Counted from the stretch's first letter, positions 1-12,983 are shown. The stretch is DNA of 64,000 nt from Octopus vulgaris (GCA_951406725.2 OX597816.1:63240001-63304000), one strand, 5' to 3'. Translations and numbers: made by a program. Notes: generated by a model not told the origin, from the letters alone.

Positions 1-10
1 TGTATGTAAG

Positions 11-42
<32 letters not shown>

Positions 43-210
43 CATGTAGGTATGTATGTATGTATGCATGTATGTATGTATATATATATATGTATATATA
101 TGTGTCTGTGTGTGTTGAGAGAAAGGGAGATGTATGTATATACCTCTTTATCAGTTTGTTTTCTTTCACTTCCTTGCTCTATATTTTTTTTTTTGTTTTA
201 TGTCTTTCTC

Positions 211-244
<34 letters not shown>

Positions 245-1299
245 GTCTCTCATTCGCTCTGCTTTTTTCTCCTTTTCTCTCCTTCTGTTTATTTTCCTTC
301 TCCTTGTTGACAGATTTTTCTTTCTTTCTTTCTTTCTTTCATTCTGATCTGTTTGTTTTTCTTTCTTTCCTTCTCTTTTTCCTTCTTCCTTTCAAAACTC
401 AATATCTTTTCAATGTTCAAATCTGTCTGTCTGTCTTCTGTCTGTCTTCTGTCTTTCTCTCCTCTTCCCCCCCTCACCCTAGTGACTTAATTACCTAGTA
501 TTTACAATATCTCGTTACTATTTTAATTATTTTCTATTCTGTTCCTCTTCTTTACAGGGCAATAGGCCAAATATTTGTGGTGGTGGTGGTGATGGTAGTG
601 GCGGTGGGGAGACAGATTTGACTGAATTAACCATCATTGCATTTCTTGTTGTTGTTGTTATATAACCCAAGTTCAGTGCTCATTGAGCATGTCTACGAGT
701 AAAGGCATGCCAGTCATGACCATCACATCTTTTTGTTGTCTGGAACTACATTCTACATTCTACATTGCCCCTGTCTTTATTTAGGGTGGTCGTGTTGTGG
801 TTTCAGCGAAATTTGGCTGCTCTTTCTAGCATATCGTGTGGCTTCTATGAAACTCCTTTGTTCTTATTGCTATTACAATTTAGTGTTGAGCTGGCAGAAT
901 TGCTAGCATGCGGGGACCAAGCATGCTAAGCAGTATTTCATCTGTTTACGTTCTGAGTTCAAATTTCACTGAAGTTGCCCCTGCCTTTCATTCTTTTAGG
1001 GTCCATATATTAACCCTTAGGAGACAACAGGGTCAATCTGTCGGCTGAAAATTCATTAGTTCATTCAATTTCCTTCAAGAATATATATTATTTCTGTTTA
1101 TTTTCCTTCTCTTTGTTGACAGATATTTCTTTCTTTCTTTCTTTCTGATCTGTTTGTTTCTCTTTGTTTCTCTTTTTCTTCTTCTTTTCAAACTTGATAT
1201 CTTTTCAATGTTCAATGTTTCATTATATATATATATTATATATATATAATATATATATATTTCCTACAAGAATTTATATATTGTATTCTTCTTCTTCTT

Positions 1300-1527
1300 G
1301 TGCCTTTCTTGGGCCTGGTTTCCCCGGTTTCAATGGTGTGTGTTCCCCAGTTGGATGGGATGCCAGTCCATCGCAGCGTTACTCATTTTTGCCAGCTGAG
1401 TGGACTGGAGTAATATGAAATGGAGTGTTTTGCTCAAGAATACAACGTGTCGCCTGGTCCAGGAATCAAAACCACAATCTTACGATCATAATGCTGACAC
1501 CCTAACCACTAGGCCATGTGCCTCTAC
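1300..1527 (-). mobile_element. tRNA-derived SINE (family D)
   Basis: Reverse complement reads GTAGAGGCACATGGCCTAGTGGTTAGGG (A box) ... GGTTTTGATTCC (B-box-like), then TGTATTCTTGAGCAAAACACT. Homologous copies at 18992, 31822, 36671, 48236 and 54967. Confidence 0.75.
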
Positions 1528-1624
1528 ATATATTGTATTAGTTCATTCAATTTCCTACAAGAATATATATAGTTTTATATATGTAAAGTTATTACTTTAT
1601 TTTTTATAATTCTTATTGAAAAAT

Positions 1625-1990
1625 AAGTGCGTGCCACCTGTGGGGCCTTTGAAAATGGTTCTGTCTTCTTGGCACTGAAACTCCAAATGAGGTTCTATCT
1701 CCAAAGGTTTAATTACCATATATTAAGATATATTAAGCTTTCAAAATTCACTCTGACACTGCCTACAAGCATAACATTGTGGATGGAGGTGCCGAAATGC
1801 AGTGCAGTCACCTAGAGATTCTGAGCATAATACCAGGCAAGGCACTAAGGTGAAATACAAGACACCTGAAGAAGGCTGGAGAATACACAGCCAAACCATA
1901 GTGAAAAGCAACGATCAAGATGAGGACACCAGTCTCATTAATACACAATATATATAAATTCCCTATTTCAGAAATATAGAATGATATTAT
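1625..1990 (+). mobile_element. Putative Penelope-like element terminal fragment with degenerate hammerhead motif
   Basis: CAC-CTGAAGA-A-GGCTG-loop-CAGCC-AAACCATA-GTG at 1863-1903, followed by an AT-rich tail. Boundaries approximate. Confidence 0.4.
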
Positions 1991-2197
1991 TAGTACCACT
2001 GGAGTTCTGGGTTCAATGTAATTGACTAGTTCCCTCCCTCAAAATTCCAGGCCTTGGGGCCTATAGTAGCAAACTAGCAGAGTAATTAACATGCTAGACA
2101 AAATGCCTAGCTGTATTTCTTTAAGCTGTATGTTCTGAGTTCGAATATTGCTGCGGTCAACTTTGCCTGTCGTCGCTTTTGGGGTCGATAAAATATT

Positions 2198-2345
2198 GAT
2201 TACGCTTCCCAGGTATGTAAAATGATTGACATCTTTCATTTCCTCCCCTCTGTCTGTGAAGTCGACGTTGTTGGTCACCTGCACTCTCATGGCTTTTTGT
2301 CTTCCTGATGTTGATCATGAACTAGCAACCTCTTGAAACCCTGAT
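2198..2345 (-). mobile_element. Non-LTR retrotransposon (RTE/CR1-like) reverse transcriptase C-terminal fragment
   Basis: Minus strand reads INIRKT(K)AM..RVQVTNNVDFTDRGEEMKDVNHFTYLGSVI, matching the xxKTKxM...FxYLGS signature of LINE RTs. Frameshifted, embedded in a SINE. Confidence 0.7.
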
Positions 2346-2494
2346 CAACTGGGGTTGACTAGGACAGCTAAGCACTGGAGTCAATGTAATTGGCTTCTCC
2401 CTCCCTTTAAAATCACTGGCCCTGTGCTAAAACATAAAAAGCATTATATTAGCCTAAGTCAGTTCTTATCAAGCATACCTATTATAATTGATAT

Positions 2495-2817
2495 TGTGGC
2501 ACGTAAAAAGCACCATCCGAACGTGGCCGTTGCCAGTACCGCCTCAACTGGCTTCCGTGCCAGTGGCACATAAAAAGCACCAACCGATCGTGGCTGTTGC
2601 CAGCCTCGCCTGGCACCTGTGCCGGTGGCACATAAAAAGTACCCACTACACTCTCGGAGTGGTTGGCGTTAGGAAGGGCATCCAGCTGTAGAAACACTGC
2701 CAGATCAGACTGGAGCCTAGTGCAGCCTCCTGGCTTCCCAGACCCCGGTCAGACTGTCCAACCCATGCTAGCATGGAAAACGGATGTTAAATGATGATGA
2801 TGATGATGATGATGATG
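2495..2817 (+). mobile_element. SINE-like repeat (family C) with internal tandem units and (TGA)n tail
   Basis: Repeated GTGGCACRTAAAAAGCACC units, then GGTTGGCGTTAGGAAGGGCATCCAGCTGTAGAAAC...CCATGCTAGCATGGAAA...(TGA)n. More than 10 copies in the window. Confidence 0.85.
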
Positions 2818-3569
2818 TTCTTATTTACCATTTGCTAGTCTCCATTTTGTCTGTATTGCAATCATTTGTATCTGATATCTATCAAAGAATTCCACAGAGG
2901 TTTTTATTGTTGTTCTGTAAAGATTTAGTCTAAAAATTTCCTCTTTCCCATTGATTTTTTTCATAATGCTTGTCTTAATGTTCAGATTGGAGTGAGTTAA
3001 GATATAGTTAAAGCACTGGATGCCATATTATCGGAATCTTTGAAACTCAAATATCTTAGTTTGTTATTTGGAATATTTTCAGGTGAAATTCAGTGCAGGC
3101 ATGGCTGTGTGGTTAAAAAGCTTACTTTATTTATAACTTCATGGTTTCAGGTTCAGTCCCATCTTCTGTAGCTCCTGGTCAACCAATGCCTTGTGAGGGA
3201 ATTTGGTAGGCGGAAACTGTGTTGAAGCTCATCATGTGTGTGTGTTTGTGCATGTATGTGTGTGCGCACCCCTTCACACACATCATATGGCAACCACCAT
3301 TTGCTTATGTCTCTGCAGCTTAGCAGCTCCCTTAACTTAGCTATTTGGCAAAAGAAACTGATAGAAAAATACCAGACTTTAAATAATCAGTACTGGAGTC
3401 AATTTGCTTCACCAAATCTTTGAAAGCAGTGGCAAAGCATGGCTGAAGTCCAGTGACTGAAACAAATAAAAGTAAAATCACTTGGATCAAATCAGAACCA
3501 GTGCCATCATTGGCTGATAGAAACCTGTTACTGGTCACCACATAATAACTCATTATTACATGCACAGTG

Positions 3570-3902
3570 AAGGCGCACGTCTCAGTGATTAGAGCGTCAA
3601 TCTTACGATCCTGTGGTTGTGAGTTCGAATCCCGGACCGGGCTGCGTGTTGTGTTCTTGAGCAAGACACTTTATTTCATGTTGCTCCAGTTCACTCAGTT
3701 GTAGAAATGAGTTGCGACGTCACTGGTGCCAAGCTGTATTGGCCTTTGCCTTTCCCTTGGGTAACACTGGTGGTGTGGAGAGGGGAGGCCGGTATGCATG
3801 GGCGACTGCTGGTCTTCCATAAACAACCTTGCCTGGACTTGTGCCTGGGAGGGTAACTTTCTAGGTGCAATCCCACAGTCAGTCATGACCGAAGGGGTTC
3901 TC
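3570..3902 (+). mobile_element. tRNA-derived SINE (D-type head, distinct body)
   Basis: A/B boxes (CTCAGTGATTAGAG; GAGTTCGAATCCC) with a CTTACGA anticodon-like loop, then TGTGTTCTTGAGCAAGACACT. The body recurs inverted at about 20095-20370. Confidence 0.8.
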
Positions 3903-4129
3903 AGTATTACATGCACATAGCTGAGGGGTTAAGAACCAAATCGGGCCCCTACAGTTCTTGCCCTGTGAGGAAGGTTTGTGGGCTTCTGGCATGTTATGAA
4001 GCAAATCTAGTCGGTCGATTGGTACCACTTGGAATGTTTACTTCTGCCTTTAGCGTTCAGATTATTCTGTCAGATGTGATGCATATTTATTCGCATTTAC
4101 CCTACACCAGCTTCACATAACCAGCCCCA

Positions 4130-4562
4130 GCCCATTCAAAGTACCTGCTGTGCTTACCTTGGATTGTAGGGCGACCTGCTGTGCTTGAAGAGACTTATTG
4201 AGTAAAGTAGATCAACATCAAAATAAAAATCAAATGGAAATTGTAGTTGTGATACCTGTGCCAGTGGCACATAAAAAGCACCATCCAAACGTGGCCAATG
4301 CCAGCACTGCCTTGACTGGTTTCTGTGCTGATGGCATGTAAAAGGCACCAACCGATCGTGTGGCTTTCCCTGTGCTGGTGGCACGTAAAAAGCACCCACT
4401 ACACTCATGGAGTGGTTGGCGTTAGGAAAGGCATCCAGCTGTAGAAACACTGCCAGATCAGATTGGAGTCTGGTGCAACCTCCTGGCTTCCCAGACCCCG
4501 GTTGAACCGTCCAACCCATGCTAGCATGGAAAACAGACATTAAATGATGATGATGATGATGG
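4130..4562 (+). mobile_element. SINE-like repeat family C
   Basis: Same tandem units and (TGA)n tail as 2495-2817. Confidence 0.8.
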
Positions 4563-5944
4563 TGATTTTGGAATTAATCATACATTAACACGATGGCGTG
4601 TTTGTTTATTTTTAGAATGACATTGTAGGGTATGTGTGAGAGGTTAGATTTTGCCAGTTTGAGCATAAAACAACTGGAATATTTGAGCCCGATAGGCCAC
4701 TAATGACTTTTTCCCACTGTTCTCAACTCTGGGTTGTCTTTTCTGTCTTTCTTCTCCCGAGTCCTGTTAATTTTGAATTGCCATCAATACTGCAGGAACT
4801 CTGCCTTTTCCTAGGTAATTGTGTTGGCCCTTAATAAACCCCTTTTTACCTCTGGCAAAAAGATGGTCCATATTAATGTGGCCTCTGTCCTTTGACCTGT
4901 TCAGCATGGGAGACTCTATCAGGGACTTGTGCTCTATGAGCATAGCTCTCAAGGTCATTGCAGCTCACAAGCGATCACACTACAAGAACTGGACATTGTG
5001 GTGGACCATTAGGACTTCCAAGCCCAGTAAAACATTTGAGTTGAAGTTACACTGATATTTAATTCTATACCTGACTTTTCTGGATTCAAGACGAGGTGTA
5101 GTGAAAAGATGTCCCCTGCAGCAGAAATCCCATGGGAATAAATTGGTTTTTAACTTGAAGTTGAGAAAAGGTTGCAACCTCAAATTCTTCATTAAGTTTC
5201 TGTTGCTTTTGCAGTAGTAATTGTTTAGTCCCAGGTTGTCCCTGGTCAAAGGTATTTCAGTTGTGATCATTACATCATGTCAGGGTTATTTAAAACAATT
5301 TTACCCGTTGCGTCCTTATGTAAGTAACCCTTTTGATAACAATCCACCAGAGAGCACCCTTGATTTAAGGGGTCATCCTGTTTTAAGACAATCTGAATTA
5401 ACCATTCCATTAACATTTCATGTTAATTGATGTTCTAAAAAATTAATATTGACAAAATTGTTTTCTTAAATTCTTCATTATTTTCAAAAACTAATTAAAT
5501 TAAAGACTGTGTTTTTTTTTTTAATAAAAGTATGGTAATGGAAAGCTTTAGTTAGTATTGTGTGATTTCAAAGAGATTTGGTTGTTATTTCTGGGAGTTA
5601 CAACAACCACATAAAGGCTCTTTTTTATTGGTTTGTTTTCATTGAGTAGTTGCATTCGATGGAAGACATCTCTCTCTGTTGAATCATTTATTTATTTTTC
5701 TCTCTTTTTTTTCTTTCGATATTTTATCCAATAATATCAAAATTTGCTGAACTATCCAAGCAATTCTGTTATGGAAAATAGATATTAAATCACTGAAATT
5801 AAAAATAATAGCATATTAAAATAACAAGCAAGATAAAAACATTCAATTTTCTTACCATTATATTTTGCAATATTTGATCATAAAATATTTTTGTATAAAA
5901 CTTTCCTGTAGAATTTTTAAAATTTATTTTTATGTAATTTATCC

Positions 5945-5985
<41 letters not shown>

Positions 5986-6799
5986 TTTGTTAGCATTAGT
6001 TCAGGAGGGAAAAAAAATAAACAAATAAAAAATAAAATAAAATAATAAAACAAATTGTGCTTCAAGCAGAATTTTATAGCTCAATGCCAACTATTTATAT
6101 TACATAAGTTTCTACTGCATCTAGATTTTATTTATGCTGTTTACACTATCTCAGAAAAACCTGGAAGTAAATAATAAATAATGACAGAATTCTTGCCTGA
6201 GATAACTTCAGCTGTTTTTCTTATTGAAATGTTCCAATACTTTTGTTTCAAATAAACATAGGAAAGCATCTTCTTCTACAGCATGCCATCATGTAAATAT
6301 TGTAAAATAAGACTTTGGCGTGGCTATGTGGTTAAGAAGTCTTCATCACAGTGACATGGTTTTTGGTTCAATCCCACTACAGTGTACATGGCTGACACTT
6401 TGTTCTTTGTATTCTTACTCTTTTACTTGTTTCAGTCATTTGACTGCGGCCATGCTGGAGCACCACCTTTAATCGAGGAACTCGACCCCGGGACTTATTC
6501 TTTGTAAGCCCAGTACTTATTCTATCGGTCTCTTTTTGCCGAACCACTAAGTAACGGGGACATAAACACACCAGCATCGGTTGTCAAGCAATGCTAGGGG
6601 ACAAACACAGACACACAAACACACACACGCATATATATATACATATATACGACGGGCTTCTTTCAGTTTCCGTCTACCAAATCCACTCACAAGGCTTTGG
6701 TCGGCCCGAGGCTATAGTAGAAGACACTTGCCCAAGATGCCACACTTTTTTTTTTTTTTTTCATTTTTGCAAGATTATAAGGCATGATTATAGGGCATG

Positions 6800-7160
6800 A
6801 ATCGGAATCGATCAACATAATGGAAATTGTAGCTGTGATACCAGTGCCGGTGGCACGTAAAAGAACCATCTGAACGTGGCTGTTGCCAGCACCGCCCCGA
6901 TTGGCCTCCGTGCCAGTGGCACGTAAAAAGCACCGTCTAATCATGGCCGTTTGCCAGCCTCGTCTGGCACGTAAACAGCACCCACTACACTCACGGAGTG
7001 GTTGGCGTTAGGAAGGGCATCCAGCCATAGAAACACTGCCAGATCAGACTGGGCCTGGTGCAGCCTTCTGGCTTCCCAGACCCCAGTTGAACCATCCAAC
7101 CCATGCTAGCATGGAAAGTGGACGTTAAACGATGACGATGATGATGATGATGATGATGAT
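6800..7160 (+). mobile_element. SINE-like repeat family C
   Basis: Same units and tail. Abuts a truncated minus-strand family A copy (6414-6742). Confidence 0.8.
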
Positions 7161-8240
7161 TATAAAGAGGTGAAGCTACTAATTCTTGCAGGTCTAGGGG
7201 TCATTTGAATTTATGAAATTTGATTTAGCTCAGTAGCCCAACCATGTCTTTCCTTTAATGTCTTTTATAGATTGTGTTAAACTTTGAACCAGACAAATAA
7301 ATTAGCATACATCTTTATTAATGGATGTCTTTTAAAACTAATAACAACAACAACAACAATAATAATAATAATAATCCTTTCTACTAAATGTAGCAGGAGA
7401 GGACTAGTTAATTACAATGATCTCAATGTCCACCTGCTACTTAATTTATCGACCCCGAATGGATAAAAGGCAAAGTCGACCTCTGTGGAATTTGAACTCA
7501 GAACATAAAGATGGATGAAATGTTGCTTTATTTTTTTGTTCGACATGCTAATAATTCTGCCAGCTCATCACCTTAGTAATAATAATAATACTCTTTACTC
7601 TATTACTTGTTTCAGTCATTTGACTATGGCCATGCTGGAGCACCACCTTTAGTCGAGCAAATCGACCCCAGGACTTATTCTTTGTCAGCCCAGCACTTAT
7701 TCTATCAGTCCTTTTTGCCGAACCACTAAGTTACGGGGATGTAAGCCACCAGCATCGGTTGTCAAGCAATGTTGGGGAGACAAACACAGACACACAAACA
7801 TATATGCACACATACATACATACATGTATGTGTATATATATATATATAATAAATTAATAAATAAAACATATGCATATGTACATACCTACCTCTACATGTA
7901 TATATACATGCATATATGGGTACAGGACACCAAAAAACCGTCGAGCACAATGAGAAATGAAAACATAAACACAACACCAAGGAACTGGACATTTTTCTTA
8001 TATATATACATATATATGACAAGCTTCTTTCTGTTTCTGTCTACCAAACCCACTCACAAATCTTTTGTCGGCCCAAGGCTATAGTAGAAGACACTTGCCC
8101 AAGGTGCCACGTAGTGGGACTGAACCCGGAACCATGTAGTTCGTAAGCAAGCTACTTACCACACAGCCAGAACATAGCGGCAGATAAAATACCGCTAAGC
8201 ATCTCACTCGGGCTGCTAGCAATTCTGCCACCTTGCTGCC

Positions 8241-8289
<49 letters not shown>

Positions 8290-8523
8290 TAGTTCTTTTT
8301 GCTATAAGCACAAGGCCTGAAATTTGGCGGGATGGAACTAGTCAATTACATTGATCCCAGTGCATAAATGGTACTTAATTTATTGACCCCAAAAGGATGA
8401 CAGGCAAAGTTGACCTTGGTGGAGTTTGAACCTCAGAACACAGCGGCAGATAAAATACCCCTAAGCATTTCACCCGGACTGCTAACGATTCTGCCAGCTT
8501 GCCGTCTTAATAATAACAATAAC

Positions 8524-8584
<61 letters not shown>

Positions 8585-8719
8585 GTGATGATGATGATGA
8601 TAAAAAGAAGAGTCGTGATTATTATCATAACAAACTCATTCCCTCTCCTCTGTTGCCAAGGCTGCCAACACTGCCACCAAGCAGGAGAGTAACTTATTAA
8701 TGCCAGCTCTGTATCTTAT

Positions 8720-8785
<66 letters not shown>

Positions 8786-9284
8786 GTCTCTGTCTCTGTC
8801 TCTCTGTCTCTCTCTCTTTTGTTTCCTTTCGTTATCTTTGATCCTTTTACCCTACAACTTAAATCTTATGCCAATTACAGAAATTCAAAAGTGATATACT
8901 GGAGGTGGTGGTGGTGGTGGTGGTGGCAGTGGGAGGAGGTTGTCGGGTGGGGGCGGGGGGTTGGAAATACCAAACAATGAAAATATATAAAATCGAAAAT
9001 AAAATGCCAAAAAAAAAACCCAAAAACCAAATGAAAAAAAAAACCCAGTCCAACCACCACCACCACCACCACCATCACAACAACAACAACAACAACAACA
9101 GCAACAATAGCAACATAACATACATAAAAGTAGAAATGGTCTTTTTTAAATTAATATTTTTATCATAGTCAAGCATCTCTTCTGTTGCCGTGGCAATAGC
9201 ATCCAATTGAGGAAAGTTCCAGCCTAAGATCACTGAAAGCTTCCCATTATTGACATTTAGTCAGCATTCTGTTTAGCTATTTTC

Positions 9285-10120
9285 CTCTCTTTCTCTCCTT
9301 TCCTTCTTCCCTTCTTTCCTTCCTTCTTTCCTTCCTTCTTTCTTTCTTTTTCTCTTTCAATTTTCTTTTCTATCTGTTTACGTTTTTTTTTTTTTACTTA
9401 CATTTTCTTTTGTCCTGCATTCCTTCTTTCATCTTTCTTTTCTTTTTCATTCGTTTCCTTTTTCTTCTTTCTTTCTGCCTTCTTCTTCTTCTTCTTCTTC
9501 TTCTTCTTCTTCTTCTTCTTCTTCTTCTTCTTCTTCTTTTTCTTCTTCTTCTTCTTCTTCTTCTTCTTCTTCTTCTTCTTCTTCTTTTCTTCTTCTTCTT
9601 CTTCTTCTTCTTCTTCTTCTTCTTCTTCTTCTCCTTCTCCTTCTCCTTCTTTTTCTTCTTCATCTTCTTATTTTTCTTCTTTTTCTTTTCTTCTCCTCCT
9701 TCTTCTTCTTCTTCTTCTTCTTCTTCTTCTTCTCCTTCTTCTTCTCCTTCTTCTTCTTCTTCTTCTCCTTCTTCCCATCCTATTTCTCTCCTATCTATAT
9801 ATCTCTATTCTTTCCATTTTTCTCCTACCTATCTCACTTCTCTCCGTTTTTCTCTCTCATTCTCTCTCTCTCTCACTTGTGCTCTCTCTCCTGCTCCGCA
9901 CCCTCCTCTCACTTTTACTCCCTTTGTTTCTCTCTCTCTCCTCCTCTCCTTTTCTCTCTCTCTCCTCTCTCTCTCTCTCTTTCTCTCTTGATTGCTCTCT
10001 ATCACTTTCTCTTTCACTTTACCAGTCTCTCCCTCTTCCTTTTTCTCTCTTCCATCTCTTCTTTCAATCTCTCTCCTCTCTTTCCCCCTCTCTTCCTCTT
10101 GATTGCTCTCTATCACTTGC

Positions 10121-10152
<32 letters not shown>
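9285..10152. repeat. Long polypyrimidine tract including (CTT)n and (CT)n
   Basis: Almost purine-free + strand, with a (CTT)n run over about 9478-9775. Confidence 0.95.
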
Positions 10153-10619
10153 CAATAACCATTCTGAACAGTCAATACAATTAATGGTTGCCTGCCAACT
10201 CCAACACTGGAATAAAAATTCCTGGCAGTTCAAACAAAATACTGAATCCCACAGGTAACGTGTGTGTGTTTGTGTGTGTATGCGTATGTGTATGTGCATG
10301 CACACATATTAACATGTCTGCGTATGCGTGTGTTTGAGCTGGATGGACATTCTTAGAATTACATAGAAACACTAGCTCCATGTAAGGAGATTTCAAAAGG
10401 CAGCCATATTTCTATTAATATATGATCTCTTAGTCTTGGATATTTGAAGTAGGTTGTCCACTGATAATTAAAATTTCGCTGTCATCCATTATCATTATTA
10501 TTATTGTTTTTAATATTATTGTTGTTACACTTTATTATTATCATTATCATCATCATTATTGATATATTTGTTATTGTTATTATTATTATTATTATTATTA
10601 TTGTTATTAGATGACAGTG

Positions 10620-11370
10620 AAGGGTGGTGAGCTGGCAGAATCATTAGCACACCGGGCGAAATGCTCAGCAGCATTTCATCTATCTTTACGTTCTGAGTTC
10701 AAATTCCGCCAAGGTCAACTTTGCCTTTCATCCTTTCGGGGTTGATAAATTAAGTACCAGTGATACACTGGGGTTGAGGTAATCGACTTGTTCCCACCCC
10801 CTAATTTTGTGCCTTGTGCCTATAGTAGAAAGGATTATTATTATAATTATAATTACCATCATCATTATTATTGTTATTATTATTATTATTATTATTATTG
10901 TTATTAGATGGCAGTGATGGCAGAATCATTAGCACACCAGGTAAAATGCACAGAAGTATATCATCTGTCTTTACGATCTGAGTTCAAATTCTGCCGAGGT
11001 CGACTTTGCCTTTCATCCTTTTGGGGGTCAATAAATTAAGTACCAGTGATACACTGGGATTCTATATGTCATGTCTATATGTTATATTTGTTAGTCCTGG
11101 TGGTTTTGTAATGTATTTGTCTGTATATTTATTGTCATCATCATCATCATTATCATCATTGTTGTTACTACATGACAGTGAAGAGTGGTGAGACTGCAGA
11201 ACTGTTAGCATGCCTGATGACATGCTTAGTGGCATTTCACGAGTCTTCATGTTCTGAGTTCAAATTCTTTAGAAGTCAGTTTTGCCTTTCATTCTTTCGG
11301 GGTTCGATAAGTACTGCCTTCCCACATATTCCTGGCCTTGTGCCTATTGTCAAAGGATTATTATTATGAC
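10620..11370 (+). mobile_element. Three head-to-tail SINE family B copies separated by simple repeats
   Basis: GAGCTGGCAGAATCATTAGCAC...TTCTGAGTTCAAATTC...TTTGCCTTTCATCCTTTCGGGGTYGATAAA (Nin/Deu-like core) starting near 10620, 10918 and 11185. Confidence 0.8.
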
Positions 11371-11387
11371 CTTCTTCATCATCATCA

Positions 11388-11952
11388 TCACCTCTGCCCT
11401 AGCATAGGCGGTGGTATTGTTTTCAGTCGTGTTTGTTTGTTGGTTTGTCCATGGACAAGATATCTCAAGAACCACTGAATGGATTCAGATGAAACTGTTA
11501 GGGATGTTTGGCCTCATGACTGGCATGAACTGGTTAGATTTTGGTATCAATCCAATACCGGACAAGGATTCTGGATTATTTGTTATATTTACTTTACTTT
11601 ACATGATTACGATCTTATGTTAACTTTCAAGTCTTTCACAATAATTTCCCTTTTAGGCTGTAACTATTTTGAATGATGAATTTGTTAACTTTGGCTTGTA
11701 TTAAATAAGGATAAACTATATATTACTGTTACTAAATTTTCTATAGCCACCTTCACATTTCATGATTACCATTGGGAGCAATCAGGTACTGGACAAGGAT
11801 TCTGGATTATTTTTCCAGATTTTTTTACATAATTTTTGAGAGAGGTCAAGTTTGTTTTTAGTATTCTCATTTTAAAAATCATCTCTGGCTAATCATTGAG
11901 AGGATGTCGGTGTTGTTTTGGCAGAGGTTTGTACTCTCTGAGTGCTCCTGTT
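11388..11952 (+). mobile_element. Helentron-associated (HINE/DINE-1-like) non-autonomous element
   Basis: 5' ACCTCTGCC..GGCGGTGGT sub-terminal inverted repeat, (GTTT)n, and 3' GGCAGAGGT followed by the small hairpin ACTC-TCT-GAGT. Confidence 0.55.
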
Positions 11953-12211
11953 GTTGTTATTATTATCATTATTAGACTAGCTGGACCTGTGCCATAAAAA
12001 ATGATGGCTAATTGTAGTATTTTATATCTAAATAAGGACAAAAGATAGAACAAGGATGGTAATTCAAATTAATACACTTCTCGATATTATCTAGTGATTG
12101 CATTTTGAGATGTAACATCAATCATTGTTTGTTACTGAAAGAATGCTGGTTCACACGTATAAACATTAACATACTTCACTTGTGCACGCAAACACATACA
12201 CACATATACTC

Positions 12212-12434
12212 ACTCTCTTTACTCTTTTACTCTTCTACTTGTTTCAGTCATTTGACTGTGGCCATGCTGGAGCACCACCTTTAGTCGAGCAAATCGACCC
12301 CAGGCCTTATTCTTTGTAAGCCTAGTACTTATTCTATCAGTCTCTTTTGCCAAACCACTAAGTTATGGGGGATGCAAACACGCCAGCATTGGTTGTCAAG
12401 TGATGTTGGAGGGACAAACACAGACACAAACACA

Positions 12435-12494
<60 letters not shown>

Positions 12495-12660
12495 TACGAG
12501 GGGTTCTTTCAGTTTCCATCTACCAAATCCACCCATAAGGCTTTGGTTGGCCCGAGGCTATAGTAGAAGACACTTGCCCAAGTTTCCACGCAGTGGAACT
12601 GAACCTGGAACCATGTGGTGGGTAAGCAAGCTACTTACCACACAGCCACTCCTACGCCTA
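12212..12660 (-). mobile_element. Full-length tRNA-derived SINE (family A) with internal (TA)n
   Basis: Minus strand: AGGCGTAGGAGTGGCTGTGTGGTAAG...GGTTCAGTTCC...CTTGGGCAAGTGTCTT (CORE-like)...(AGTAAAAG)n tail. Many copies (7590, 16995, 22403, 30127, 34963, 58875). Confidence 0.9.
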
Positions 12661-12983
12661 CTGTGTATACATTAGCTATTAGCCACAGAAGCAGGTTTTG
12701 TAACGGTTATTAATTTGCAGATCCAGCTTACTTTGGATGCGTTAAGGACACCAGTAATTGTCCTGAGAAATCTCGTATAGATGTTACTGCAGCCTATGGC
12801 ATTCTTAATAGCACATCCAAATTATGAAATTATGTTGAATGTGTGAATTAATATTTATCACAAAAGCTGCCTCTGTTGCTAATAGCTAAAGTACTTATTA
12901 GAAAATTGAGCGAACAAATAGAATACTGTGAAATATGTCATCTGATGTTCTACAGTGTAATGTCACATGTCAATCCTGATATA

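Noticed and set aside
16-498. Long ORFs rich in YI/CV/HT/LS dipeptides here and throughout (e.g. 22095, 24005, 44721, 55974)
   Set aside because: They are translations of (TA)n, (GT)n and (CT)n microsatellites, which lack stops in some frames.
3570-3642. tRNA gene (ACG anticodon-like) and similar heads at 18992, 32370 and 36671
   Set aside because: The acceptor stem does not pair and each head continues into a SINE body.
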